Source: Candidatus Aenigmatarchaeota archaeon (GTDB taxonomy: Archaea > Aenigmatarchaeota > Aenigmatarchaeia > QMZP01). From it: a stretch of DNA of 64,000 bases. Positions within the stretch are counted from its first letter, which is position 1. Each line of letters begins with the position of its first letter. The stretch covers positions 8,956-72,955 of the forward strand of contig JACPNN010000001.1 in NCBI GenBank assembly GCA_016185435.1, given 5' to 3'. Under the pieces are notes generated by a model. That model ran no database searches. It saw only the letters and a program-made list of their open reading frames with translations, and had not been told where the DNA came from. The position numbers and the translations under genes were made by a program. Of the stretch, positions 52,137 to 61,931 are shown in pieces.

Positions 52137-52873
52137 CGGATTTCCTGGAGGATGCCGATATATGTGCCATCGAGGGAGTATATATGCGATTTTTCCATGT
52201 TTACAAGCCTTGTTACAGGGCCCAAGAGGTTTTTCTCAAGGTTGATGGCCTTGCCTCCCACAAGGCCGTTGAAGGCCGGCATGATTATGACCTTTGGCAG
52301 CCTTTTTTGCCTGCCGTATAGCTTCTCGATTTTGTTTTGGTCCAGGTCTGCAAATACCCATATCCTTTCCAGCCATCTTTTCCCCAGGCTGTCTTTCAGT
52401 TCGAGCAATGGGTGATTGTGGCCCAGGATTATATGCTCGCTGTTCAGGAATGACCTGCGGGGCCAGGCATGGCCATGAAGAAGATATGAAGACTGATATA
52501 TGAAGCCTTTCATTGGATGGAACCTTATATTGCCTGCCTCTTTGAGCATTGTCCTTATGTCCCCGTCGTGGTTTCCGGGGACTATATCGATTATTATATC
52601 TCTGGAAAGGTTTTGAAGGAGCTGCAATATGCTTGTCTTTTCCTGCTCTTCAGGCCATGCTATTGAATGCTTCAGATCTCCCAGTATAATCAGCCTGCCG
52701 GCTCTTGAAATTTTGACAAGGTGTTTTAGGGATTCTTCAATCACACTGATATTGTCCGGCATGCTTATCCCTGCCTGAACGAAGTCCTTTTCGCAGCCTA
52801 TGTGCAGGTCAGCTATCACGACTGCATCTCCCAGGCGGAGGGCTGGCTGGCCATGCAGAATCCTGACATCCAT
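52133..52873 (-). CDS. calcineurin-like metallophosphoesterase (archaeal SbcD/Mre11-related small phosphoesterase family)
   Basis: ADLHIG, ILGDLKH, VPGNHDG, LHGHAWP and GHNHP occur in the canonical order. At 246 aa it is too small for Mre11 proper. Confidence 0.7.
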   Translation of the reverse strand: MDVRILHGQPALRLGDAVVIADLHIGCEKDFVQAGISMPDNISVIEESLKHLVKISRAGRLIILGDLKHSIAWPEEQEKTSILQLLQNLSRDIIIDIVPGNHDGDIRTMLKEAGNIRFHPMKGFIYQSSYLLHGHAWPRRSFLNSEHIILGHNHPLLELKDSLGKRWLERIWVFADLDQNKIEKLYGRQKRLPKVIIMPAFNGLVGGKAINLEKNLLGPVTRLVNMEKSHIYSLDGTYIGILQEIR

Positions 52874-53009
52874 CTGATGAATTTCTTTGTTGTGCTGAAA
52901 TAGCTATTGGTAGGGAAGTTTTGGATTAAGGATGGATAGCTGCTCTTTGAAGCGACTCCTTATAGAATCAAATTCTTAATCTGCGAATACCTATAAAGGG
53001 GATGATATT

Positions 53010-54497
53010 ATGCAGGAATATGGGACAGTCATATCCACCATAGACAGCCCGACAACGAGGAAATTCTCATTTGTTGTCGGCAAAAATGCCAGGGTCAGGA
53101 GGGGGCAGTTTGTGGAGATAGCGGTTGATGACGGAAAGCTCATTGGAAGGATAGGCGATATCAGGAAAACCAACAGGTATTTCATCAATCCTGAATCAGT
53201 AAATAATGTGGAAAAAAATGTCGGCATGTCAGAGGCATATCCTACCTGGGAATGGGAATACCTTGTTGCGGATGTGGTCAGCCTGGGCGTATACACAGGA
53301 AAGAGTTTTCAGGATGCTGATTTCCCCCCGTCACCGGGCGACTCTGTCAGGGAGCCGGAAAAAGATATGCTGCAGAAGTTCTTTGGCTTTGACCCGGATG
53401 GGATAGATGTCGGCTCCATAAAGCACCATGATGTCGCAGTCAGCCTGAACATGACAAGGCTTCTCCAAAAGCATCTTGCGATACTGGCCATGTCAGGCGC
53501 AGGGAAAAGCTACTTGACCGGCCTCATTCTGGAGGAATTGCTGGACAGGCAGCCTGAGAAGGGCCAGATAGGGATTGTTGTGATAGACACCCATGGGGAA
53601 TATGCAGCTTTTTCACAGGACAAATCCTATTCCGGCAGGTCAAGGGTCTTTTATACATCGGAAATGCAGATTGGCCTGCCGAACCTGTCAGGGGGCCAGA
53701 TAGCAGAGTTCACATCCCTGAATCTGGTCCAGACGAGGGAGCTGTCAAAATATATGTCCCGGATGAAAGGCATGTTCAGCATCACAGATATTATGGACGC
53801 CGTAGAAGAGGACAAAAAGGCAAATATAAAAACAAAAGAAGTCCTTTTATCCGCACTGGAAAGCCTGAGGAAGCTTGGAATATTCTCCTCCAGCGACTAC
53901 CCGCCTCTCGATGAAATCTGCCAGGCAGGCAGATTGACAGTCGTTGATATGTCGGACACCATAAACTTGAAAAAAAAGCAGATTGTGGTTTCTTATCTTG
54001 CGAAAAAGCTCTTTGATGCGAGAAGGCATGGAATTGTATCCCCCTTCCTCCTTGTAGTTGAGGAGGCGCACCAGTTTGCCCCGGAGAGAACAAGCAGGGA
54101 GAGAGCGCTCTCAAAGGGCATTCTGCAGACAATAGCCAGGGAAGGCAGAAAATTTCACTCCAGCCTGTGCCTGATAAGCCAGAGGCCTGTACATTTATCC
54201 ACAACGATCCTTTCGCAGTGCAACAGCAACATTATCCTGAGGATCACAAACCCCTATGATTTGAAGCATATACAGGAGAGTTCAGAAGGCATCTCGAAGG
54301 ATGTTGTGGATCATATAAGCAGCCTGCAGGTTGGCAATGCTCTTATTGTCGGGGAAGCTGTTAATTTTCCCCTCTTTGTCAGGATACGCAGGAGAAAGGG
54401 AAAAGAATCAAGCGCTGGCATGCCACTGGAAAAGGCTGCCATCGAATATATGAATAAGGTCAGGGGCAAAGTCAAGGATGCGAAAGCTTTTGCTTAG
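53010..54497 (+). CDS. herA: HerA-type (DUF87/FtsK-like) hexameric ATPase/helicase
   Basis: It has an N-terminal HAS-barrel-like segment, Walker A AMSGAGKSY, Walker B LLVVEEAHQFAP and LISQRP. Confidence 0.8.
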   Translation: MQEYGTVISTIDSPTTRKFSFVVGKNARVRRGQFVEIAVDDGKLIGRIGDIRKTNRYFINPESVNNVEKNVGMSEAYPTWEWEYLVADVVSLGVYTGKSFQDADFPPSPGDSVREPEKDMLQKFFGFDPDGIDVGSIKHHDVAVSLNMTRLLQKHLAILAMSGAGKSYLTGLILEELLDRQPEKGQIGIVVIDTHGEYAAFSQDKSYSGRSRVFYTSEMQIGLPNLSGGQIAEFTSLNLVQTRELSKYMSRMKGMFSITDIMDAVEEDKKANIKTKEVLLSALESLRKLGIFSSSDYPPLDEICQAGRLTVVDMSDTINLKKKQIVVSYLAKKLFDARRHGIVSPFLLVVEEAHQFAPERTSRERALSKGILQTIAREGRKFHSSLCLISQRPVHLSTTILSQCNSNIILRITNPYDLKHIQESSEGISKDVVDHISSLQVGNALIVGEAVNFPLFVRIRRRKGKESSAGMPLEKAAIEYMNKVRGKVKDAKAFA

Positions 54498-54544
54498 AAA
54501 ATTTGCATTGCCAAGCCTTTTAAGCCCTTTTCCAAAGACTAATT

Positions 54545-56962
54545 ATGCCGTATATTGACTTCTGCCTCCTGGATGCGGATTATGTGATGGAAGGGGAAAA
54601 GCCTGTGATCAGGCTTTTCGGCCTTGCAAAAAACAGGGAAAATGTTGTCGCCCTGGAAAGGAATTTCAGGCCGTATTTTTACGTGGAGGCGAAAGAGGGG
54701 AAGGAAAAGGAAGTCATGGAAAAGCTGAAGAATCTTGCCATAGAAAACGATAAGCCTCTTGCGATTGAAGAAATCCGGAAAGGCATACTGGGAAGGCAGA
54801 AAAAATTGCTGAAAGTGACTGTAACAAATCCGAGAAACATGCCGAAATTCCGGGAGGCTGTCAGGGGCTGGCAGGATGTGAGGGAAACATATGAGCACGC
54901 CATGCCTTTCTGCAGAAGATACCTGATAGACAAGCAACTTTGTCCCATGGGCTGGGTGGAAATGGAAGGGAATAAAATTGACTGCGCGCTGGAAGCAGAC
55001 GAGTTTTTCGAGATAAAAAATATTTCTATGACTGAAAACAGGGCAGTGAATCTCAAAGCGCTGGCCTTTGATATAGAAACAGTTGGAAGTGGTGGCGAGG
55101 AAAGCATAATCATGATCTCCATGGCTTCCACAACCGGCTATAAGAAGCTGCTTGCTTATACGAAAATTGATAGGAAGGACATAGGGATTGCGCAGGATGA
55201 AAAGGGCCTTATAGAGGCCTTTGTTTCTGAGATAAATCATGCAAACCCCCAAATAATAGCCGGCTATAATACAGACGGGTTTGATTTCCCAAAGCTTGTT
55301 TCGAGGGCCGAAAAATACAGGATAAAAATCAGAATCGGAAGGGATTCGAAAGGCATATTGTTCAGGAGGAAGGGCAGGTCAATTTCCGCGCAAATCACAG
55401 GGAGGATTCATCTTGACATCTACAGCTTCGTTGAAAGCATATTGTCCCAGAGCCTCACTTCTGAGGTGCTGACTCTGGACAGGGTGGCACGAGAGCTTCT
55501 TGGGATAGGCAAGGAAAAGATGAAATGGAAAGACATAGAGCAGGCATGGAAGACGAAAAAAGGCCTGGAAAAGATAGGCGAATACTGCATGCAGGATTCT
55601 GAAATAACCCTGAAACTTTTCAGCCACCTTTCCCCCCTGATATTCGAACTGGGCAGGGTTACAGGAAGCACGCCTTTTGATGTGTGCAGGATGACATACA
55701 GCCAGCTTGTTGAAAGCCTGCTTATAAGGGCTGCGAATGACAGGGGAGAGATCAGCCTTAACAGGCCGCACGCCGAGGAGATAAGGAAAAGGAGGCTGAC
55801 AGGGCAGTATAAAGGAGCCTATGTGCATCCGCCGGAAAAGGGCATACACGAGAATATCATTGTCCTTGATTTCCAGAGCCTGTACCCGTCGATCATAGCC
55901 GCCCATAACATCTCCCCTGACAGCCTTGACTGCGGCCACAAAGAATGCATGCAGAACAGGGCTCCAGATGAGGACCATTATTTCTGCAGGAAAAGGAAGG
56001 GAATGGTAACTGAAATTCTGGAAGGGATCATAAACAGGAGGGTGAAGGCAAAGCAGGCCATGGAAAATAGCAGGGACGCGGAGGAAAAGGGAAGGCTTTT
56101 CAACCAGCAGTTCGCGCTGAAGATCCTCGCGAATGCATTTTACGGCTATTATGGCTACGCAGGCAGCAGATGGTACAGCAGGATTTGCGCGCAATCCATA
56201 ACCAGCTGGGGAAGGCATTATATCAAGAAGGTTATAGGGATTGCAGAAAGCCATGGCCTCAGGGTTCTCTATGGCGATACAGATTCCCTTTTCCTGAAGA
56301 CGGATGAGAAAGAGCAGTCCATGAGGCTGGTGGAAAGCATTAATGCATCGATCCCGGAGATTATGGAACTGGAGCTGAAGGATATCTACAAGAGGGGCAT
56401 TTTCATCGCATCACGGACAGGCGCTGCGGCCAAAAAGAAATATGCTTTGCTTGACAAAAATGACAGACTGATAATGAGGGGAATGGAAACGAGGAGGAGA
56501 GACTGGTCAAGGATAGCGAAGGACACGCAGGAAATGGTTCTTTATCATATACTGAGGGACAAGTCTCCTGAAAAGGCCATCAGGGCGGTGAGGGCGACAA
56601 TAGACAAGCTGAAAGGCGGCGATGCGGATATGGACGACCTCGTCATCTATACCCAGCTAACCAAGCCTATTGAAAAATATGAGCAGATGTCGCCGCATGT
56701 CAGGGCGGCCCAGAAAATAATCCAGAGGGGAGGAGCTGTTGGAGTGGGAAGCACAATAGCGTATATCATCACCACAGGCGCCGGCTCCATATCCGAAAGA
56801 GCAGAGCCTGCTGAAGAGGCAAAGAACTATGATGCTGATTACTATATCAATAATCAGGTCATACCTGCGGCCCTGCGCATCCTGTCAAACATAGGGGTGA
56901 AGGAAGAGGATCTTACCGGCAGCGGCGAGAGCCAATTCAGCCTTGAAGGGTTTTGGAAATAG
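54545..56962 (+). CDS. polB: family B DNA polymerase
   Basis: Exo motifs are LAFDIET, GYN...FDFP and YCMQD. Pol motifs are LDFQSLYPSII, KILANAFYGY and YGDTDS. No intein-sized insertion is present. Confidence 0.92.
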   Translation: MPYIDFCLLDADYVMEGEKPVIRLFGLAKNRENVVALERNFRPYFYVEAKEGKEKEVMEKLKNLAIENDKPLAIEEIRKGILGRQKKLLKVTVTNPRNMPKFREAVRGWQDVRETYEHAMPFCRRYLIDKQLCPMGWVEMEGNKIDCALEADEFFEIKNISMTENRAVNLKALAFDIETVGSGGEESIIMISMASTTGYKKLLAYTKIDRKDIGIAQDEKGLIEAFVSEINHANPQIIAGYNTDGFDFPKLVSRAEKYRIKIRIGRDSKGILFRRKGRSISAQITGRIHLDIYSFVESILSQSLTSEVLTLDRVARELLGIGKEKMKWKDIEQAWKTKKGLEKIGEYCMQDSEITLKLFSHLSPLIFELGRVTGSTPFDVCRMTYSQLVESLLIRAANDRGEISLNRPHAEEIRKRRLTGQYKGAYVHPPEKGIHENIIVLDFQSLYPSIIAAHNISPDSLDCGHKECMQNRAPDEDHYFCRKRKGMVTEILEGIINRRVKAKQAMENSRDAEEKGRLFNQQFALKILANAFYGYYGYAGSRWYSRICAQSITSWGRHYIKKVIGIAESHGLRVLYGDTDSLFLKTDEKEQSMRLVESINASIPEIMELELKDIYKRGIFIASRTGAAAKKKYALLDKNDRLIMRGMETRRRDWSRIAKDTQEMVLYHILRDKSPEKAIRAVRATIDKLKGGDADMDDLVIYTQLTKPIEKYEQMSPHVRAAQKIIQRGGAVGVGSTIAYIITTGAGSISERAEPAEEAKNYDADYYINNQVIPAALRILSNIGVKEEDLTGSGESQFSLEGFWK

Positions 56963-57045
56963 GGAATGGGTTTTCAGGCTCACTGCATGCCAAATTGTGG
57001 GGAATCACGGCAAATGCTTTTATTTATGATGGCTCATGTTAGAAG

Positions 57046-57954
57046 ATGCCCACATATTTGGTTACAGGCGGAGGAGGATTCATTGGAAGCAATATCGCAA
57101 ATGAAATTGCCAGGGAAAGGGCAAACTCTGTCATAGCTGTCGATAACTTTTACATGGGCACAGCTGAAAACCTGGATAAAAGCGTGAGACTGGTAAAGGC
57201 AGATGTAAAAAGCCTGGAACTTGCAGAAAAAATTGACGGCATTTTCCACAGCGCTGCCGTGTCTACAGCGCCCTTATGCAACAAAGATCCGGCATTGGCT
57301 TATGACGTCAATTTGAACGGTTTTGTCAAAACCATGGAAATTGCAAGGAAAAATGACTGCAGGGTTGTTTTTGCAAGCACATCGAGTCTGTATGCCCTGA
57401 TGCCGCCGCCCCATAGGGAGCAGAGCACAGTATCGCCGATAGAGCATTATACAAACTCCATGATGATGAGGGAGGATGCGGCAAAAATGTATGCGGAAAT
57501 GTACGGGCTGACCGCAACAGGCCTTCGGTATTTCTCTGTGTACGGCCCGAATGAGACGCATAAGAAAAATTTCGCCAATATAGCGAGCCAGATGATCTGG
57601 AGCAGGCAGTTTGACATCTATGGCGACGGCAGCCAGTCAAGGGATTTTATCCATGTGAGAGATGTTGTCGGGGCCAATCTGGCAGCATTTGAAAAGGGAA
57701 AGGGATTTGGCATCTACAATGTCGGCACAGGCAAGGAGACGACATTCAGCCGGCTGGCGGAAATAGTGAAAGGATTTAAAGATATCCAAATCAATTACAG
57801 GCCTAATCCCATCGACAGGTATGTCTCAAGAACGTGCGCCGACATCGGCCTGATAAAAAAGGGGCTGGGCTGGAAGCCGTCAATAAGCCTCGAAGAAGGC
57901 ATAAAAATGCTGGTAGGCTATTACAAAGAGAAAGGTATGGTGAACATTAAATGA
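57046..57954 (+). CDS. extended-SDR NAD-dependent epimerase/dehydratase paralog (YxxxK reads YTNSM)
   Basis: VTGGGGFIGSN is the Rossmann motif and ASTSSLY is present. The expected Y-x-x-x-K reads HYTNSMMM. Confidence 0.7.
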   Translation: MPTYLVTGGGGFIGSNIANEIARERANSVIAVDNFYMGTAENLDKSVRLVKADVKSLELAEKIDGIFHSAAVSTAPLCNKDPALAYDVNLNGFVKTMEIARKNDCRVVFASTSSLYALMPPPHREQSTVSPIEHYTNSMMMREDAAKMYAEMYGLTATGLRYFSVYGPNETHKKNFANIASQMIWSRQFDIYGDGSQSRDFIHVRDVVGANLAAFEKGKGFGIYNVGTGKETTFSRLAEIVKGFKDIQINYRPNPIDRYVSRTCADIGLIKKGLGWKPSISLEEGIKMLVGYYKEKGMVNIK

Positions 57955-59252
57955 AAATGGCAATAGTGGGCGGGACAGGGTATGTGGGCCTTTGCACGGC
58001 TGTGGGCTTTGCCGCAAAGGGCCATGAAGTTTTCTGTGTCGGCAGGGACAAAAACAAGATTGAGGGGCTGAAAAAAGGGCATGTCCCGATATATGAGCCC
58101 GGGGTTGCCGAATGGCTTAAAAGGAATGCCGGTTCCGGAAATTTTGTCCCTACAGATTCAATTGAACAGGCAGTAAAAAACTCTGATGTGACATTCATCT
58201 GCGTTGGCACGCCTTCAAAAAAGGACGGCGGCATTGAGCTTAAGGATGTACGTGAAGTGAGTAGGAATATAGGAGGCATATTGAATAAAATTGGCAGATA
58301 CCATGTTGTGATAGTCAAGTCCACTGTTGTGCCCGGAACCACTGAAGGGACTGTCATCCCTGAACTGGAAAAATGCAGCGGAAAGGCCGCTGGCAGGGAT
58401 TTCGGCGTTGCAATGAATCCCGAATTCCTGAGGGAAGGAAAGGCGCTGGAGGACTTTTTAAATCCTGACAGAATTGTCATAGGCGAGCTTGACAAAAAGA
58501 GCGGCGATGCTGTGGCATCTTTGTATGATAAATTCACAGCTCCGATTGTGAGAACAGACCTCAAAACAGCCGAGATGACCAAATATGCAAGCAATGCCTT
58601 CCTTGCCACAAAAATATCCTTCATCAATGAGATAGGGAATATGTGCAAAATCCTGGGCATAGATGTCTATGATGTAAGCGCGGGCATAGGCTTGGACAAG
58701 CGGATAGGTCCGAAGTTCCTTGACGCCGGCATTGGCTATGGAGGCAGCTGCTTCCCAAAGGATGTGGCCGCAATAATAGCAAAGGCGAAGGGCATCGGAT
58801 ATGAGCCCAGGCTTCTTGAGTCGGTCGAGAATGTAAACAGGGGGCAGAGAAAAAGGGCTTTCGATTTGCTGAAGAAAAGGCTCGGGAGCCTTGGGGGCAA
58901 AAAGGTTGCCATACTTGGCCTTTCGTTCAAGCCGGATACCGATGACATAAGGGAAGCCCCCTCAATCGACATAATCAGGATGCTGTTGGAAGAAGGGGCA
59001 GTAGTTTCTGCCTATGATCCGCAGGCATCTGGAAACATGAAGGCCGTATACCCTGACGCAGAATATGCGGAAGATATAGCTTCTGCGCTAAGAAATGCTG
59101 ATGCGTGCCTGCTTTTGACAGAGTGGGATGAATTCAGGCGGTTGGATGAGAGCGACTTTTCAGGCATGAGGGGAAGGCTGATTATAGAGGGCAGGAGAGT
59201 GCTGAGGAAGGAAAGCTTCAAAGGATTTTCTGTGGAGGGCATCTGCTGGTAG
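57951..59252 (+). CDS. ugd: UDP-glucose 6-dehydrogenase
   Basis: IVGGTGYVGL, NPEFLREG and the catalytic Cys in GGSCFPKD are present, followed by a UDP-binding C-domain. The start overlaps the upstream stop (ATGA). Confidence 0.88.
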   Translation: MKMAIVGGTGYVGLCTAVGFAAKGHEVFCVGRDKNKIEGLKKGHVPIYEPGVAEWLKRNAGSGNFVPTDSIEQAVKNSDVTFICVGTPSKKDGGIELKDVREVSRNIGGILNKIGRYHVVIVKSTVVPGTTEGTVIPELEKCSGKAAGRDFGVAMNPEFLREGKALEDFLNPDRIVIGELDKKSGDAVASLYDKFTAPIVRTDLKTAEMTKYASNAFLATKISFINEIGNMCKILGIDVYDVSAGIGLDKRIGPKFLDAGIGYGGSCFPKDVAAIIAKAKGIGYEPRLLESVENVNRGQRKRAFDLLKKRLGSLGGKKVAILGLSFKPDTDDIREAPSIDIIRMLLEEGAVVSAYDPQASGNMKAVYPDAEYAEDIASALRNADACLLLTEWDEFRRLDESDFSGMRGRLIIEGRRVLRKESFKGFSVEGICW

Positions 59253-59254
59253 AT

Positions 59255-60007
59255 ATGAAAGGCGTCATACCTGCCGCCGGGAAGGGAAACAGGCTCGAGC
59301 CATTGACGCTTGCCATGCCCAAGGAGATGATAAGGATAGGCAGAAAGCCTGTGATTGAGCATGTCATAGACAATCTTAAGGCATGCGGCATCACTGATAT
59401 CCTGATAATCACAGGCTGGAAAAAGGGCCCGATACTTGATTATCTGGGCTCAGGCAGGAGGCTGGGGGTCAATATAACGTACAGGGTCCAGGAGGAGCAG
59501 AAGGGGCCTGCAGATGCAGTCCATATGTCGAAGGAGTGGGTTGGGGATGATGATTTTGTTGTCATATACGGGGACAACTATTTCAGGCCTGCGGAGAATC
59601 TTATGAGAACAGTCCAGTTCCACAGGAAAATGAAGGCCGATGCAACCTTGCTCCTGCACCCTGTTGATGACCCTTCCAGATTCGGCATAGTCAAAATAGA
59701 CAGCAAAGGGAAGGTTCTGGGCATGATTGAAAAGCCGACTCTGGCAGAAGCCGAGAATTACAGAACCGGCGGGATATTTTACAATATAGCCGGCCTCCTT
59801 GTATTAAAGCCGCTTATATTCGATTTCATAAAAAAGACGCGTGCAGGCAGGAACAATGAAATATACCTCACAGATTCCATAGAACTCATGAGGAGGAGAG
59901 GCAAAGAGATATATGGACATATATTCAAAGGCGTAAGGTATGATATCGGAACCTTTGAATCCCTGATGGCCGCTGACCGCTTGGAAGTCCAGCATCTTCA
60001 AAAATAA
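59255..60007 (+). CDS. sugar-1-phosphate nucleotidylyltransferase (GalU/RmlA-like)
   Basis: GVIPAAGKGNRLEPLTLAMPKEMI and YGDNYF are present. Confidence 0.75.
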   Translation: MKGVIPAAGKGNRLEPLTLAMPKEMIRIGRKPVIEHVIDNLKACGITDILIITGWKKGPILDYLGSGRRLGVNITYRVQEEQKGPADAVHMSKEWVGDDDFVVIYGDNYFRPAENLMRTVQFHRKMKADATLLLHPVDDPSRFGIVKIDSKGKVLGMIEKPTLAEAENYRTGGIFYNIAGLLVLKPLIFDFIKKTRAGRNNEIYLTDSIELMRRRGKEIYGHIFKGVRYDIGTFESLMAADRLEVQHLQK

Positions 60008-60010
60008 AGA

Positions 60011-60976
60011 ATGCTTATGAAGTTCAAGCTAGTTTCCTTTTTGATGGGCCTGATTTTGCTAGCAGCGCTTCTTTACATGTCCGGAGTGGAAAGGATCTTA
60101 TCGGAAATATCCAAGGCTGACATGGGGCTCCTGTTTCTCGTTCTGGCGACTTCCTTTTCCCTCATGTATATGAGGGCATTCAGATGGAAAACACTGCTGG
60201 AAAACATCGGCATACGGCTTGAGATGAAGAAACTGTTTCCGGTATTCATCTCCGGGCTGTTTATTTCCAACATAACGCCTGCAAAGACAGGCGACCCTTT
60301 CAGAAGCTACCTTCTCAAGAGGAAGGCTGGAATAGAGTTCTCGAAGAGCTTCCCTTCAGTGGTCATGGAGAGGGTGCTGGATATTTCAATAGTTGTCCTG
60401 CTTTCGCTGACAGGCCTTTTTTTCATCAGGGTCAGCGATCTGCTTTTCTTCTCATCTGTCGCCCTTATTGTTTTCTATGCAACGGCAATATTGACTGTCG
60501 TGCATATTTCCGCCAGCAGGGGAAGGATTTTGTGGTTCTCGCGGCATGTTTATAACCTGTTCAAATGGGTACCCAGGATTAAGGTGCTGGAGAAAAGAAT
60601 AGAGTCAATGGCTACTGTTTTCAATAACTCCTTTTTAAGATTTGGGAATAAAAGAATCCTGCTGGGAGCCTTCTCAATTTCCTTGCCGATATGGATTCTT
60701 GAGAGCTTCGGGCTGTATCTGGCGATGGAAGCCTTCGGCCTGAAGGCAGACATTATTGCAGCTGCATTTGCCCTCACAATAGGCCTGCTGGTCGGGATAG
60801 CTAGCAGCCTGCCTGGCGGCTTAGGGTCGACGGATTCCACAATGGCCTTCATAATATCCGCAACTTTGCCTGCGCCGCTTCCGATGGCAACCGCTGCCGT
60901 TCTTGTCCACAGGCTGCTGACAACATGGCTGACAATTTTTGTTGGCGCCGCCTTTTTATCCTTGGAGGCAAAGTAG
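60011..60976 (+). CDS. flippase-like (lysyl-PG synthase TM-region/UPF0104 family) membrane protein
   Basis: It has 8 TM helices, a RAFRWKTLL motif after TM2, and a glycan-cluster context. Confidence 0.5.
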   Translation: MLMKFKLVSFLMGLILLAALLYMSGVERILSEISKADMGLLFLVLATSFSLMYMRAFRWKTLLENIGIRLEMKKLFPVFISGLFISNITPAKTGDPFRSYLLKRKAGIEFSKSFPSVVMERVLDISIVVLLSLTGLFFIRVSDLLFFSSVALIVFYATAILTVVHISASRGRILWFSRHVYNLFKWVPRIKVLEKRIESMATVFNNSFLRFGNKRILLGAFSISLPIWILESFGLYLAMEAFGLKADIIAAAFALTIGLLVGIASSLPGGLGSTDSTMAFIISATLPAPLPMATAAVLVHRLLTTWLTIFVGAAFLSLEAK

Positions 60977-60980
60977 TCCT

Positions 60981-61931
60981 ATGAAAAGCATACTGGTAAC
61001 CGGGGGGGCCGGATTTATTGGAAGCACGCTATCGGACAAACTTTTGGGTGAGGGCCATAAAGTTGTTTCCCTTGATAACTTTGATCCTTATTATCCGAGG
61101 CCCATCAAGGAAAAAAATATGGAAAGCGCGAAGGAAAACAGAAATTTTACTTTTATAGAAGGCGACATAAGGGATCAAAATCTCCTGAAAAAAATTATAA
61201 GGGAACATGGCGTTGAACATGTTTTCCACATGGCTGCGCGGCCTGGGGTAAGGCCTTCCATAGAAAATCCCGGGCTGTATAATGATATCAATGAGAAAGG
61301 AACCATCAGCCTTATTTTCGCCTGCCTCGATTCTTCCGTAAAGAAGATTGTGTATTCCTCTTCATCTTCGGTATATGGCAATGCCGAATACCTGCCGACA
61401 GATGAAAAGCATCCGACAAATCCGATATCGCCTTACGGTGTAAGCAAGCTGGCTGCTGAAAAATATCTCCATTCATACGGAATTCTATACGGAATTAAGA
61501 CCATCAGCCTGAGGCTTTTCACAGTTTACGGGCCCAGACAGAGGCCGGATGAAGCGATCTGCAAATTTGCAAATCTTGCGCTCCAGAATAAGCCTGTTGA
61601 AGTGTATGGAGATGGAAGGTCGAGCAGGGATTTCACGTATATCGGTGACATTGTTGCCGGGCATATGGCTGCGATGAATTCGGATATAAGCAAGGAAGTG
61701 TTCAACCTTGGCTCGGGAAGAAAGATTACAGTAAATGAAATAATAGGCATGCTTGAAAAATCTCTCGGCAAAAAAATAAAAATAAATTACAGCGAAAAAC
61801 AAAAAGGCGATGTTTCCTCCACACTGGCGGACATCAGAAAGGCCGGAGAAATGCTTGATTGGAAACCAAAGGTGGAGGTGGGGGACGGGATAAAAAGGTT
61901 TGCCGAGTGGGTGATGGCCGGACAGCTATGA
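60981..61931 (+). CDS. NAD-dependent nucleotide-sugar epimerase (UDP-glucuronate 4-epimerase-like)
   Basis: VTGGAGFIGS, SSSSSVYG, YGVSKLAAE (intact YxxxK) and RLFTVYGPRQRPD are present. The ATG is at 60981. Confidence 0.8.
   Translation: MKSILVTGGAGFIGSTLSDKLLGEGHKVVSLDNFDPYYPRPIKEKNMESAKENRNFTFIEGDIRDQNLLKKIIREHGVEHVFHMAARPGVRPSIENPGLYNDINEKGTISLIFACLDSSVKKIVYSSSSSVYGNAEYLPTDEKHPTNPISPYGVSKLAAEKYLHSYGILYGIKTISLRLFTVYGPRQRPDEAICKFANLALQNKPVEVYGDGRSSRDFTYIGDIVAGHMAAMNSDISKEVFNLGSGRKITVNEIIGMLEKSLGKKIKINYSEKQKGDVSSTLADIRKAGEMLDWKPKVEVGDGIKRFAEWVMAGQL

Noticed and set aside
52874-52960. Possible C/D-box sRNA: CTGATGA at 52874-52880, then CTGA 14 nt later
   Set aside because: No acceptable C-prime/D pair or terminal stem follows. 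The C-like box abuts the phosphoesterase start codon and is most simply promoter or leader sequence.
54539-56254. 237-aa and 291-aa minus-strand ORFs (54539..55252 and 55379..56254)
   Set aside because: Both lie antisense to the family-B polymerase. They have no motifs and their composition is typical of shadow ORFs.
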